This document shows, piece by piece, positions 63,641-64,000 of a DNA stretch of 64,000 nucleotides. Where the stretch lies: NCBI GenBank assembly GCA_964603315.1, contig CAZRUV010000001.1, positions 592 to 64,591 on the forward strand. The letters are read 5' to 3'. The notes under the pieces were generated by a model. It worked only from the letters and a program-made list of their open reading frames with translations, was not told where the DNA came from and did not search any database. The position numbers and the translations under genes are program-made. Source of the stretch: an uncultured Rhodobacterales bacterium. GTDB taxonomy: Bacteria; Pseudomonadota; Alphaproteobacteria; Rhodobacterales; Rhodobacteraceae. Each line of letters starts with the position of its first letter. Positions within the stretch are counted from its first letter, which is position 1.

Positions 63641-64000
63641 GCGGCGGCCTTGTAATGCGCGACCTTGGAAAAGAGGCGGTCGAAATTGGCCTGGGTCTGT
63701 GCGGCGAAAGCCGGATAGTCGAGGCCGTAGACCTCTGCGCCGACGCGCGCCGTATGAGCCGTGTAGGCCGGTTCGTTTCGCTTGCCGCGATGGGGCGGGG
63801 GCGCGAGATAAGGCGCGTCTGTTTCGACCAGAACGCGGTCGACCGGGGCGGCGGCAAAGATATCGCGCAGCGCCTGGCTTTTGGGAAAGGCCGCGATGCC
63901 GGACATGCTGAGGTAAAAACCCAGATCAAGTGCGGCGCGCGCAAGGTCCGCGCCGGACGAAAAGCAATGCATGACGCATGTGTAGGCGCCTTGACGGTAT
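63637..64000 (-). CDS. tatD: TatD family hydrolase, 3' part (partial)
   Basis: VMHCFSS, LVETDAPYLAP.PHRGKRNEP. Confidence 0.9.
   Translation of the reverse strand, partial: YRQGAYTCVMHCFSSGADLARAALDLGFYLSMSGIAAFPKSQALRDIFAAAPVDRVLVETDAPYLAPPPHRGKRNEPAYTAHTARVGAEVYGLDYPAFAAQTQANFDRLFSKVAHYKAAA

Overview
GC-rich chromosomal window from an alphaproteobacterium. Gene content and order suggest Rhodobacterales/Roseobacter group (inference). It is mostly housekeeping genes: glyS, ppdK-like, folB-folP-glmM, tctABC/tctDE, ilvC, aroA-cmk, trpA, ychF, pcm-tolC-PopZ-like, efp, valS, metF/metR, suhB, putA/putR and tatD, plus three tRNAs (Ser-GCT, Cys-GCA, Leu-TAA). Main observations: (1) glyS and valS each carry an in-frame low-GC segment with strand-skewed flanking codons and end next to the same ~50-60 bp repeat (CTTCATCTTG..AAA..CCGGGGG..GGGGGCAGCGCCCCC). 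A related repeat forms an inverted pair inside the tct operon, and in all three loci the repeat head points at the atypical DNA. (2) ilvC is frameshifted by an apparent 17-nt deletion. (3) Two convergent tRNAs enclose fused remnants of a serine recombinase and a tyrosine integrase. (4) There is a PPDK with a degenerate ATP-grasp domain, a FolB fused to a degenerate amino-acid-kinase-like domain, a PopZ-like protein, and an SGNH hydrolase behind a perfect CtrA box. I saw no CRISPR array, rRNA or intact transposase. All family assignments come from motif recognition, not database searches.
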